From a virus, in IMG/VR virus record IMGVR_UViG_3300046001_007123: a stretch of 64,000 bases of DNA. One strand, written 5' to 3'. A program made the translations under genes and the position numbers. The stretch's first letter is position 1; each line of letters opens with the position of its first letter. The notes beneath the pieces are model-generated. The model searched no databases. It saw only the letters and a program-made list of their open reading frames with translations, and was not told the DNA's origin. Positions 15,732 through 25,259 of this stretch are shown piece after piece.

Positions 15732-17642
15732 ATGAAATTAATTAAGGGGTTAATCCTTACAATGTTATTATCACTACCTTTTATAGGGTTATCACAAGTA
15801 CCTTCAGCACCATCTAATGGTTTGTGGGGTATCATTGCGTCTCAATATCAGATTGGGACTTCAGCACAAGGGTCAACAACCGCCAAAATTACACTACAAA
15901 ATACAACCCTAACAAAATTCGCTGGGGTTCAGCTTAGAGTATTTTATGATAAGGTAGCATTTACAAATGCAACGGTATCTTTGATAGGATCAACAACAAA
16001 CTTAGATCTTCAATATGTGACTAACACTGCGAATGGTTACATTACAATGACATTAAGTTACACTGGTCCAAGTTCTACGTACACTATACCAAACGGTGAA
16101 AAATTCTTAATCACATTTACTCACGCTCCAGCATCAACATTTAATAACTTATCAACAATAAGTAACTTAACTTGGACAGGAGTTCAAACGTTTACACCAT
16201 ACGCCGCAAAACAAGATGGTATGGATACAACTTTGAGTGTTCATAACTATGGTGGTGTGTTTACACCTGTAAACTTTGATTACCACGGAACATTTACAAA
16301 CGTAACTGGTACAGGAGCTAAAACATTAACTTTAGCGTTAGAGAAAAAACCATCAGGTGGATCAACTTGGACACAACATTCTGTTTATGTTACGGATAAT
16401 AACGGAGACTTTAATATTTCGGTTCCATTGGATACGACATATTGGGACGTTCGTTTAGCTGTTAAAGGAGATACTATGGGTGTTGGTAATGTTGTATCAA
16501 CAACAGATGCTCAATTAATAAACCAATGGGTTTTGGGTAACGGAACAATGACAGGGTTTGATTACTATACTGCAGATGTTAACGGATCTAACAACACAAC
16601 AATCTCAGACGTTTGGGGTGTGTTTGGTAGAGTTTCAGGAAGATTTACATCTTGGCCTAACAATACAAAAGATGTTAAATTCTTTACGTCAACGGAATAT
16701 ACGACAATTAATGGTTCGTCAACTAACTACACCTCATCAATTGCTGGTGTAACTAACTTTACATTTGATATCCTACCGGGTCAACCTGATTCAGTTGTTT
16801 ATTATGTGATGGTACCGGGTGATGCAAATGGGACAGGATATAATATGGCTCGTATAACCCCTATTGAGGTAGTGGTTGGTCCAATACCTGGTTTAGAAAA
16901 TCAAATATACAATGTTATTGACACTAAAGTGGAATACGATTTCCCAACACAATCTATTGAAATAAATGTTCCTAATATCTCAGTTCAGGCTGGTAACTTA
17001 GTTGAACTTCCTGTGAGTGTTATAACAAATGGAATTGAATTAAGTTCATTACAATTTGGTTTGAAATACAATGACACCTTATTACAATTTAAAGGTATTA
17101 CATCATCAGCCGAGGCAATGAAATGGATTTCATACGTTAACCCTAACGACAACGAGATTGAATGGGGAGGGTTTGATCCTACAAATAATGACAACACATT
17201 AAAAGATGGTAATCAAGTTGTTATAATACAATTCTTGGCGTTACAACCACAGAACTTATGGGATGCAAGTCCTTTGTACACTAATAGAAAATTTGCTGGA
17301 ACTACATACTCAAGTGATTTGTCTTTAACACCAACTAACGGAATCCTTCAGGTATTAAAAATGGAAGGTGGAAACATCTTGAACGATAACAATATGGAAG
17401 TATATCCTAATCCATATCAAGACGAAGTTACAATCACATTCAAAGTTGAGGAGACAACAAACGCAACACTATCGGTATATGATTTAGTTGGTAGAAAGTT
17501 AGTTACAATATTAGACACACAAATACCTGATGGGATTTATAACTACACTAAAAACTTAGGTGAGTTAGAACCAGGGGTTTACATAGTTAAACTTAGTGTT
17601 GAGAACGGAGTTCCATCATTCGAAAGAATAATTAAACAATAA
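15732..17642 (+). CDS. secreted protein with type IX secretion system C-terminal sorting domain
   Basis: Signal peptide MKLIKGLILTMLLSLPFIGLSQ. Thr/Asn-rich beta-rich body. The last 85 aa (VYPNPYQDEVTITF...LSVYDLVGRKL...GVYIVKLSVENG) match the Por/T9SS CTD. Confidence 0.75.
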   Translation: MKLIKGLILTMLLSLPFIGLSQVPSAPSNGLWGIIASQYQIGTSAQGSTTAKITLQNTTLTKFAGVQLRVFYDKVAFTNATVSLIGSTTNLDLQYVTNTANGYITMTLSYTGPSSTYTIPNGEKFLITFTHAPASTFNNLSTISNLTWTGVQTFTPYAAKQDGMDTTLSVHNYGGVFTPVNFDYHGTFTNVTGTGAKTLTLALEKKPSGGSTWTQHSVYVTDNNGDFNISVPLDTTYWDVRLAVKGDTMGVGNVVSTTDAQLINQWVLGNGTMTGFDYYTADVNGSNNTTISDVWGVFGRVSGRFTSWPNNTKDVKFFTSTEYTTINGSSTNYTSSIAGVTNFTFDILPGQPDSVVYYVMVPGDANGTGYNMARITPIEVVVGPIPGLENQIYNVIDTKVEYDFPTQSIEINVPNISVQAGNLVELPVSVITNGIELSSLQFGLKYNDTLLQFKGITSSAEAMKWISYVNPNDNEIEWGGFDPTNNDNTLKDGNQVVIIQFLALQPQNLWDASPLYTNRKFAGTTYSSDLSLTPTNGILQVLKMEGGNILNDNNMEVYPNPYQDEVTITFKVEETTNATLSVYDLVGRKLVTILDTQIPDGIYNYTKNLGELEPGVYIVKLSVENGVPSFERIIKQ

Positions 17643-17666
17643 ATAAACAAACAAATAAAAACAAAA

Positions 17667-17999
17667 ATGTCAGAAGAAGCGCAAGAGACCAATGACGGAA
17701 CTTGGTCAGGGTTGAAAAAAACAATCATCGGGACTTTAACTACCGTAATTGCTGGTGGTGGAGTATGGGTGAGTACATTATTATTCGGAGGTGGAGATGA
17801 ATCCGCTGAGGAAACTAAAACTGAACAAGTAGCACCGGCAAGTCAACCTGTTATTGTAAACGTTCAACAAAATCAAGAGAATAAACAAAAAGTTGAAAAT
17901 GGTGGAGGAACTCACGTAATTGAACGAGTAGTTGAAAAACCGTCAACAACACAAGCACAACCTGAAAAACCAAAAAAGGTTGAAGAAGAATCTTGGTAA
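17667..17999 (+). CDS. single-pass membrane protein
   Basis: TM segment IIGTLTTVIAGGGVWVSTLLFGG followed by a charged tail. The upstream leader AAACAAATAAAAACAAAAATG is duplicated before 18027. Confidence 0.45.
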   Translation: MSEEAQETNDGTWSGLKKTIIGTLTTVIAGGGVWVSTLLFGGGDESAEETKTEQVAPASQPVIVNVQQNQENKQKVENGGGTHVIERVVEKPSTTQAQPEKPKKVEEESW

Positions 18000-18026
18000 A
18001 TTAATAAACAAATAAATAAAACAAAA

Positions 18027-18311
18027 ATGGCAGAAAAGAAAACAAAAAAGAAATCATTCTTAGTAAGAATGTTTATGGATCAAAATGATATAAACGAAAA
18101 ATCAATAGTAGGATTTGGATCATTTTTAATGATGGTGGTGTGTCTTGGTGTGGATATTTGGACTGGTTTTCACGGACAAGAAATGCCAATTAACCAATTC
18201 ATCTATGACGGATTTTTGTGGATTACTTTAGGTTCTTTTGGTATTGCATCTGTTGATAAGTACTTATCGGGTAAAACTGCAACTAAAGAAGAAGAGGAAG
18301 AAATCGGATAA
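18027..18311 (+). CDS. two-TM small membrane protein (holin-like?)
   Basis: Two hydrophobic helices (IVGFGSFLMMVVCLGVDIW; GFLWITLGSFGIASV) and a charged C-terminus (EEEEEIG). Confidence 0.4.
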   Translation: MAEKKTKKKSFLVRMFMDQNDINEKSIVGFGSFLMMVVCLGVDIWTGFHGQEMPINQFIYDGFLWITLGSFGIASVDKYLSGKTATKEEEEEIG

Positions 18312-19054
18312 TGAAAAAAGTAGTATTCATACTATCAATATTTAGTTTATTCAGTTGTAAAACAACACAAGCTCAGCCCCCACAAACCAGTGGGGGTATT
18401 GGTTCTGTGAAAACTGAACAATATCAAGCTGAATTTGAGAAGAAGCAATCTATCAATGATGTGTCAGATTATACTGATACAATACAAGTTCCCATCCAAT
18501 TATTAAAGATTGGTATTAATGAGGAGTTGTATGAGTTATATCCTGAACTTAAAGACAAACGAGTTGGTTTAGGTGTAACAAACATTGTGATTGAGTATTT
18601 AGAGTATACGGGTAGATTTGTTTTTACCGAAGAAAAAGAAGACATCAAACAACGAATGATTGCTCAGGACAAAGCTTCTGATAAAGGAATTTCAGTTAAT
18701 AAGATTGATGTAAAAGGAAATGTAATCTTAGCAAAATACTTTGTATACATTGAGGTATATGACTTCAGTGTATCGGAGGATGAGGTTGTTAAAGTTAACG
18801 GACAACAGACAACAACACAAACAACACGATTAGGATTACAAATTAAATTCGTAGATGCTGAGACAAGTCAAGTGATCGTTGGATCAGGATTGGGTGAGGC
18901 AAGTACGGTAAAGACCTCAACAATATTGGGGGACATCTCAGATGATGTTAAATTTAACCAATCAACTATTGGTATAACAACAAAGAAGGCGTTAGAGACA
19001 GCATCTTCAAGAGTGGTGAGTCGACTTATCACAAAAGGAGTATTTAAAAATTGA
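18311..19054 (+). CDS. putative lipoprotein
   Basis: MKKVVFILSIFSLFSC lipobox. Confidence 0.5.
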   Translation: MKKVVFILSIFSLFSCKTTQAQPPQTSGGIGSVKTEQYQAEFEKKQSINDVSDYTDTIQVPIQLLKIGINEELYELYPELKDKRVGLGVTNIVIEYLEYTGRFVFTEEKEDIKQRMIAQDKASDKGISVNKIDVKGNVILAKYFVYIEVYDFSVSEDEVVKVNGQQTTTQTTRLGLQIKFVDAETSQVIVGSGLGEASTVKTSTILGDISDDVKFNQSTIGITTKKALETASSRVVSRLITKGVFKN

Positions 19055-20667
19055 AACTAAATGTATTCATATTATTGTTTTATTGCGTGTTTGGGTTCTT
19101 TAACCTGAATGCGCAATCTTACAATTATAGTTACTCTGATCCCTGTACGGGAAATCTTAAAACTATAGTCATACCGATAAATGGAAACGTAATAGTTTCA
19201 TACTACGGTGAAACGGGATCGTTTAGTCAAAACGATTTTACAAACGGGACATTTGAATCTTGGACTAATAACATATTTTCACAATATGGAACAAATAGTC
19301 CTTGCTCTGAAATAATAGGTTTGGGTACGGCAATTAACATAACCCAAGGAACAGCATTAAACGTAATCGGAATTCTTAATTCATTATCCACAATCTCAGA
19401 TTTAGCGGGGGGATCCACAAATTTAATAGGTGGGTCTGTAACTACTATTAATAATACAGGGAATGGAAATTCAAAGGGTAACGATAAGAAGGGGAATAAA
19501 TCCCAAAATGGAAGTGGAAATAATACTACAAATAATAATACCACAACCAATAATACTCAAAATCAAACGAATGGAACAGGTAACTCTACTCAAGGAGGTA
19601 CAACCACTTCTGGAACAAATGAAGGAGGTACAAACGGAGGAAATGGAACCACTAGTCAAAATGTTGGAACTCAAAATCCAACACAAGCAGGAGGAACTAC
19701 AACTCAAGGTGGATCAAATGAAACTGGAAATCAATCGACTAACCCGACTATAAATGGGGGAACTCAAACAACAGAACCAAATGGTGGTGGTCAAACAACT
19801 GAAACACCAATAAACAATCAAACAACAAGTGGAAATGGAAATAGTAGTAGTGAGCCTGGGAATGGGTCTAATGGTGGGGCAGGGAATAACGGGACTGGTT
19901 CGGGAAGTAATAAACCTGAGGAAAATAAAACTCCTGAAACAGGAAAAGAAGAAGGTGGACAAACAAATATAACAGGTGGTGCAACCACAACGGTAAAGGC
20001 AACCCCAACTAGTAAAGAAGGTGGTAAACCCACAATAGTCGCTAGTGGTGACTTTGTTGGGTTTAACTTTAGAGATTCTGAAGTGAATACAGGGTTAAAA
20101 GTAACAGGTGGGTATACTGCAATGAGATGGGATGGTAAAAGAAGTTCGGGGGTTTTAGGTGACTATACTTCAGCCCTTAGAGGTCCTAATATAACTGCGT
20201 TCTATGCTTTTATTAGACCTAAATCAATTGTGATTGGTTCTGGAACACTAACCATTGGGTTTGAAGGTAATAAGTCATTATACGGTACGGTAGCAATAGG
20301 ACAAATGTTTACGTTTAAGAAACCTAAATCTCTTAAACTTCTTTATATGGGGACGGTATCTTATGGAAATGTTTATAGAGAATCATTTTTGGGGACTGCA
20401 TTAATTGTTGGGGGGACTTACGATATGAGGATAGGTAAACGAATAGATGTTAAATTAATGAATTTATTTGTTTACGCTCCGTATGTTAGTTACTATAATG
20501 ATGTTGTATTGAAATCTCCTTATGTGATGTTACCAAGTATTGGTACAAATATTAAAATTACAAAGAAGTTCAAATTCAACATAAACGCAGGTGGTGCTTG
20601 GGATTTAAAAACAAGTGCTTTAAATTATACGGTAACGTGTGGAGCAAGAATGTTAGTAGGACAATAA
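19051..20667 (+). CDS. secreted N/G/T/S-rich low-complexity protein with beta-rich C-terminal domain
   Basis: Signal peptide. A 200-aa GNGT/NTT low-complexity tract. The C-terminal 200 aa have alternating hydrophobic residues. It could be an outer-membrane beta-barrel. Confidence 0.5.
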   Translation: MKLNVFILLFYCVFGFFNLNAQSYNYSYSDPCTGNLKTIVIPINGNVIVSYYGETGSFSQNDFTNGTFESWTNNIFSQYGTNSPCSEIIGLGTAINITQGTALNVIGILNSLSTISDLAGGSTNLIGGSVTTINNTGNGNSKGNDKKGNKSQNGSGNNTTNNNTTTNNTQNQTNGTGNSTQGGTTTSGTNEGGTNGGNGTTSQNVGTQNPTQAGGTTTQGGSNETGNQSTNPTINGGTQTTEPNGGGQTTETPINNQTTSGNGNSSSEPGNGSNGGAGNNGTGSGSNKPEENKTPETGKEEGGQTNITGGATTTVKATPTSKEGGKPTIVASGDFVGFNFRDSEVNTGLKVTGGYTAMRWDGKRSSGVLGDYTSALRGPNITAFYAFIRPKSIVIGSGTLTIGFEGNKSLYGTVAIGQMFTFKKPKSLKLLYMGTVSYGNVYRESFLGTALIVGGTYDMRIGKRIDVKLMNLFVYAPYVSYYNDVVLKSPYVMLPSIGTNIKITKKFKFNINAGGAWDLKTSALNYTVTCGARMLVGQ

Positions 20668-20675
20668 TAACAATA

Positions 20676-21644
20676 ATGTTATTTGTGATTCCGTTTATGG
20701 GGTTTACTCAAACCTTTACATATTCGGGATACATTTATAATGCGGATGGAACAGGCGCGGTTAATGTACCTGTTAAGTTGTATAAAAGAACAACACCGGT
20801 AATGAATGGATTTACCAATCAACAAAACTTTAATGGGCACTCATATTATAGATCAACAGGGTCAATGACTTGGACGGACGCAAGACAAGCCTGTATTAAT
20901 ATGGGGGGACATTTAGTTACCTCAACATCATTAGCCGAAAACAATTTCCTATTCAGCCTTTGGCCAAATGGGTGGATCGGATTAACCGATGAGGTCAATG
21001 AAGGTGTGTGGAGATGGGTTACGGGTGAACCTTATTCTTGGTCGTATTGGAATAGTGGAGAACCAAACAATGCCGGTAACGAGGACTACATTCAATTCGT
21101 CGGAGGAGGTAGATGGAATGATTTACCTAACACATCATTACCATATGTTTTGGAGTTTGAATATATTGTGACTTTTACCCCTTGGGTGTTACATCAAACG
21201 GTTTACACTAACTCATCGGGGTACTATAACTTTTCACAACCGACAAGTCCTGCGGTTGAGTGGTACATACAATATGATGCTCCAACACCGGTAACTACAC
21301 TACAAACTACGGATATGGTAGAAGTTTCTAAATTAATATTAGGTGTTACACCAATTAAAAGTATTCATTACCACAGATATGATGTGAACTATGATGGGAG
21401 AATAAACGTTGCCGATCAAAATTATATTAATCTTAGACGATATGGTTTATTAGGGGGTTGGATTAATATGAGTCCATCCAGATTATATACAACCGCACAA
21501 TACACAACATTAACGACAAATACATCAGATCTAAGATCAACAATACCTGGTGTGTCATCAATAACAATAAACTCACCTGTAAGTGGGGGATCACAAAACT
21601 ATTATCTGATCGCTCCTGGGTATAAAACAACCGTATCATATTAA
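20676..21644 (+). CDS. secreted C-type lectin-domain protein with dockerin-like Ca-binding repeat
   Basis: Signal peptide MLFVIPFMGFTQT. CTLD signature WIGLTDEVNEGVWRWVTGEPYSWSYWNSGEPNN...EDYIQF...WNDLPN. DVNYDGRINVADQNYINLRRYGL matches the dockerin consensus DxNxDGxVNxxD. Confidence 0.65.
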   Translation: MLFVIPFMGFTQTFTYSGYIYNADGTGAVNVPVKLYKRTTPVMNGFTNQQNFNGHSYYRSTGSMTWTDARQACINMGGHLVTSTSLAENNFLFSLWPNGWIGLTDEVNEGVWRWVTGEPYSWSYWNSGEPNNAGNEDYIQFVGGGRWNDLPNTSLPYVLEFEYIVTFTPWVLHQTVYTNSSGYYNFSQPTSPAVEWYIQYDAPTPVTTLQTTDMVEVSKLILGVTPIKSIHYHRYDVNYDGRINVADQNYINLRRYGLLGGWINMSPSRLYTTAQYTTLTTNTSDLRSTIPGVSSITINSPVSGGSQNYYLIAPGYKTTVSY

Positions 21645-21645
21645 A

Positions 21646-22239
21646 ATGAAAAATTTATTACTAACATTATTATTAACATTACCATTATTTGTTTTCAGTC
21701 AGAAAGCGTTAAGAGATTCCGTCTACATTAAAACAGATATGTTTGAGATTGTTTATTCTGAAAAATTACAACAACCAAAGTTCATTCGTTATACGGTACA
21801 ATGTCCCAATGGATCCGCACCAAGAAAAGGTATGGATTTCTATACTTGTGATTCGATACTGACATCTGACGATAAGGATTATGCGAACAACCCATATGAT
21901 AAAGGGCACTTAGCGCCCGCGGCAGATTTCAATTGTACTAAAGAATTACTATTCAAAACATTCACATACTTAAATTGTTCACTACAACAAGAGAACTTAA
22001 ATAGAACTACTTGGAGATTGTTAGAGGTTAGAGAAAGAGAATTGGCGAAGACAAATAAAAGTGTGATCGTTGAAATTCGTTGTGTTTATTCAACCAAATC
22101 AATTGTGTTACCAACAGGAGCTACGGTACCTGACGGATATTATAAGACAATTAAATACGGAAACAAAATCGAGAAATACTATTTCAAAAACGAGAAACCA
22201 TCAACAACCGACTTTACTAAATACCAAATTAAATTATGA
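21646..22239 (+). CDS. secreted DNA/RNA non-specific endonuclease (Serratia NucA/EndA family)
   Basis: Signal peptide followed by the DKGHLAPAADF active-site motif (DRGH-type). Confidence 0.75.
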   Translation: MKNLLLTLLLTLPLFVFSQKALRDSVYIKTDMFEIVYSEKLQQPKFIRYTVQCPNGSAPRKGMDFYTCDSILTSDDKDYANNPYDKGHLAPAADFNCTKELLFKTFTYLNCSLQQENLNRTTWRLLEVRERELAKTNKSVIVEIRCVYSTKSIVLPTGATVPDGYYKTIKYGNKIEKYYFKNEKPSTTDFTKYQIKL

Positions 22240-22691
22240 AAAATATAATCTTACTACTTGGTATGTTACTACTTGGTAACATCGCTAAAGCTCAACAATG
22301 TGTATTTGTTGATTCTGTATACTCGACTGCGAAATTAAGAGAACTTGGTAATAGAGATATTCGTTTTGGGGTTAAACAAATTGTTGAGGATGAGTTATCT
22401 GAAAAATATTGTTTATCAGAACAAGGGGATAAAATAGATGTTGAAATTTACTATTTTGGTTTACCTAAGACAACCATAAGAGTTGTTGGTGTTGAAAAAA
22501 CAAATACAATAACTCAAGTTGGAATTAAACTTCATTATAAAGGTAATTGTTACCAAGGGATGGGTGAGTCAGACACAGAGATTAGAGCAATTATTATTGA
22601 AGTTCAAGAGGGATCGATACCTTTTGAGAAGATGACATTGTCTTCAGCATTGAAGAAAGCAATACACGACGCAGCAATTAAATTACCGTGA
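22236..22691 (+). CDS. secreted hypothetical protein
   Basis: Signal peptide MKNIILLLGMLLLGNIAKAQQ. Confidence 0.45.
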   Translation: MKNIILLLGMLLLGNIAKAQQCVFVDSVYSTAKLRELGNRDIRFGVKQIVEDELSEKYCLSEQGDKIDVEIYYFGLPKTTIRVVGVEKTNTITQVGIKLHYKGNCYQGMGESDTEIRAIIIEVQEGSIPFEKMTLSSALKKAIHDAAIKLP

Positions 22692-23140
22692 GAATATGGA
22701 CACTCTTACTGGTTATGTTCACTTTCACACCAATATTTGGGCAAATAAAAATAACGGATGTTGGTGATGGATGGAAAGGGAAAGTCGAACAAGCGTTAGA
22801 TACAATACAAAAATACGATAAAGAAAAGTACTACCTTATTATGGAAACGTGTAAGGTAGTTGCTTTTTGGAATGGGGGATTCTCAACCACAGAATCAGAT
22901 AGTGTTATCACAATACCATCCAAAGAAATGAATAATGGTAATATCTATAACATTTCGGCAATCCTCGTTCACGAATCATTACATTTATACCTCCTAAAAA
23001 CTAACCTTAATTTGAACCCAAATGTGGAGGAAGTCATTGCGTACCAACACGAATTGGAGTTTTTAAAAAAAATACCTTACGTTGATAAATGGTTGATTGA
23101 AAACGCCAAAAACAAAATACAATTTTATACAAAACCATAG
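22688..23140 (+). CDS. secreted protein with HExxH motif (putative Zn-metallopeptidase)
   Basis: Signal peptide MRIWTLLLVMFTFTPIFGQ. ILVHESLHLY. Confidence 0.4.
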   Translation: MRIWTLLLVMFTFTPIFGQIKITDVGDGWKGKVEQALDTIQKYDKEKYYLIMETCKVVAFWNGGFSTTESDSVITIPSKEMNNGNIYNISAILVHESLHLYLLKTNLNLNPNVEEVIAYQHELEFLKKIPYVDKWLIENAKNKIQFYTKP

Positions 23141-23188
23141 TTGATTTGGTGGTGTTAATGTGGTATCATTAATAACAAACTATAGAAG

Positions 23189-23560
23189 ATGGAAAAACCC
23201 GACAACGTAGCAGATAATCCTGGACTATTACCATATGGTAGTAATGTTGGGGCGCCATCTATTAAACTGACCGACATCCAAAGTTGGAAAGAACCCAGAA
23301 TAATGGATCTTAATAAACAATTTATTGATAGATTTGAGGAATTAAAAAAAGAGTATCAGAAACTTGTTGATGAATACCAATGGAATGATTTGGTTTATCA
23401 ATCAAAATTTACTTTTGAACCAGTAATTGGGAAAATTTACCACCTTTATGTTGGTAACAACCAAAAAAATTTCCTATCTTTGATAGAACCAAATTTTTGG
23501 GATAAAGAACACATTGGATCTTTTAAGTATAATCACGACAATAAATGGATTAAAATATGA
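23189..23560 (+). CDS. hypothetical protein
   Basis: 123-aa ORF. Confidence 0.4.
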   Translation: MEKPDNVADNPGLLPYGSNVGAPSIKLTDIQSWKEPRIMDLNKQFIDRFEELKKEYQKLVDEYQWNDLVYQSKFTFEPVIGKIYHLYVGNNQKNFLSLIEPNFWDKEHIGSFKYNHDNKWIKI

Positions 23561-24249
23561 AATTAACAATTATATCGGATACTCACGGAAAACACAAACA
23601 CATTACAGGTGATTTACCTGGTGGTGATTTGTTGTTACACGCTGGTGATTTAAGTTCTATGGGTTACGAACACGAGATCCGTGAGTTTGCGTCTTGGTAT
23701 AATAAACTTGACGACTACGGACACAAAGTATTCATTGCTGGTAACCACGATTGGGGTTTCCAAAACAACGTAGAGAAAATCAAAGGTATTCTCACTGAAT
23801 ACAAACACATTGATTACGTACAAGACGAGTTAATTACAATACAAGATGGTGATGGACCTGAAGTTAAAATTTGGGGATCTCCTTGGCAACCTGAGTTCTA
23901 TAATTGGGCGTTTAACTTACCTAAAAATGGTGAAGAGTTGAAAGCGGTTTGGGATATGATTCCTGAAGGGATAGACATCTTAATTACTCACGGACCAGCT
24001 TGGGGATTCTTGGATGACGTTGAAGGTCGTCGAGGACAACACTTAGGTTGCGAATTACTTGCAGAACGAATCAAACAAATCAAACCGAAGATTCACATCT
24101 GTGGTCACATCCATAGTGGTCACGGACATTATTACGACGGACACACACACTACTTCAATGCGTCTGTGTTGGACGAACGATACCTTTATTCTCACTTGCC
24201 GTGGAATATTGATTGGAATCCAATAACAAATGAAATTAAATTTTTATAA
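23557..24249 (+). CDS. metallophosphoesterase (calcineurin-like, MJ0936/YfcE-like)
   Basis: ISDTHGKH, GDLSSMGY, GNHDWGF, ITHGPAW, CGHIHSGHGH: a complete MPP motif set. Confidence 0.75.
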   Translation: MKLTIISDTHGKHKHITGDLPGGDLLLHAGDLSSMGYEHEIREFASWYNKLDDYGHKVFIAGNHDWGFQNNVEKIKGILTEYKHIDYVQDELITIQDGDGPEVKIWGSPWQPEFYNWAFNLPKNGEELKAVWDMIPEGIDILITHGPAWGFLDDVEGRRGQHLGCELLAERIKQIKPKIHICGHIHSGHGHYYDGHTHYFNASVLDERYLYSHLPWNIDWNPITNEIKFL

Positions 24250-24746
24250 TGGAAAAGGCACATTTAGTTGAGAATAGAATTTTTATGGATAAAAGAGGAA
24301 CCTTTAGTCCGTTAGATCTTACTAAGTTAGATAAGAATTGGGTTCAAAGTAATGTAAGTGTCAACCCCCAGAAATTTACGTTAAGGGGGTTGCACTTTCA
24401 AAAGGACGAGTACGCTCAAGCCAAACTAATAAAAGTCATTGGTGGTAAGATATTGGACTTTGTGGTGGATCTTAGATGGGTATCTGAAGATTATAATAAA
24501 GTATTTTTCTTTGAGATGAACGAAGGTGATGAGATATATGTACCAAGATACTTCGCCCACGGATTTATCACTATAGAAGACAATACTATTGTTCAGTACT
24601 TAGTTGATAATGATTATAGTCCTGAGAACGAGGGGGTGAAAGTTTGGTCTGACTATCCTGAGATATATGGTAAAATAAAAGAAATTTACCCATCCTTTAA
24701 TGATGACCTTGTTTTGATTGCCGATAAAGATTTAATTAACAAATAG
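24249..24746 (+). CDS. dTDP-4-dehydrorhamnose 3,5-epimerase-like cupin (RmlC family)
   Basis: DKRGTFSPL...QSNVSVN..TLRGLHFQ...AQAKLIKVIGGKILDFVVDLR...YVPRYFAHGFITIEDNTIVQYLVDN.YSPENEGVKVWSD tracks the RmlC signature. Confidence 0.7.
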   Translation: MEKAHLVENRIFMDKRGTFSPLDLTKLDKNWVQSNVSVNPQKFTLRGLHFQKDEYAQAKLIKVIGGKILDFVVDLRWVSEDYNKVFFFEMNEGDEIYVPRYFAHGFITIEDNTIVQYLVDNDYSPENEGVKVWSDYPEIYGKIKEIYPSFNDDLVLIADKDLINK

Positions 24747-24776
24747 AAAGTCGATGATATTTATAATAAAAATATT

Positions 24777-25259
24777 ATGAGTGAATTTGATTTAAGTGAG
24801 CAGTTAAAGGTTGAATTGTTAAGAAGAAATCTTTTAGAACAAGAAGAAGATAAAACAGAGGACAAAGAAGAGGATTCAAAAGAATCTAACACTAATGAAG
24901 GTTTTTGTGAAATGATATGTCATTTATTGCAATCACAAACTCAAGTACACGTTTTTCATTTAGGAACAAAATCATATTCTGAACACAAGGCACTTCAAAA
25001 ATACTATGAAGGTATTGACGCATTAACTGACGGTTTGGTTGAATCTTACCAAGGAAAGTATGGTTTGATGACTAACTATAAATCATATAAGATGAGTGGT
25101 TATAAAAGCGGTAAACAAGTATTAAGTTACTTTACACAATTATTAAGTGTTATTGATAAAAATAGAAACGACGTTGAAGATAGTTATATCCAAAATCAAA
25201 TTGATACGGTACAAGAACTGATTTATTCAACAATGTATAAATTAAAGTTTTTATCTTAA
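24777..25259 (+). CDS. Dps-like ferritin-fold protein
   Basis: After an acidic N-tail, LLQSQTQVHVFHLGTKSYSEHKALQKYYEGIDALTDGLVESYQ matches the Dps ferroxidase-site pattern (HW..G..F..H..FeE.y.e.....D.iaER). Confidence 0.5.
   Translation: MSEFDLSEQLKVELLRRNLLEQEEDKTEDKEEDSKESNTNEGFCEMICHLLQSQTQVHVFHLGTKSYSEHKALQKYYEGIDALTDGLVESYQGKYGLMTNYKSYKMSGYKSGKQVLSYFTQLLSVIDKNRNDVEDSYIQNQIDTVQELIYSTMYKLKFLS

Noticed and set aside
18027-18311. Holin assignment
   Set aside because: The two-TM topology and charged tail fit a holin, but the gene is not adjacent to either lysin and sits in a block of exported-protein genes. I kept it as a membrane protein with a holin-like note only.
20676-21644. Diversity-generating retroelement target gene (C-type lectin fold)
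   Set aside because: No reverse transcriptase and no template/variable repeat pair in the window. The CTLD is internal rather than C-terminal.
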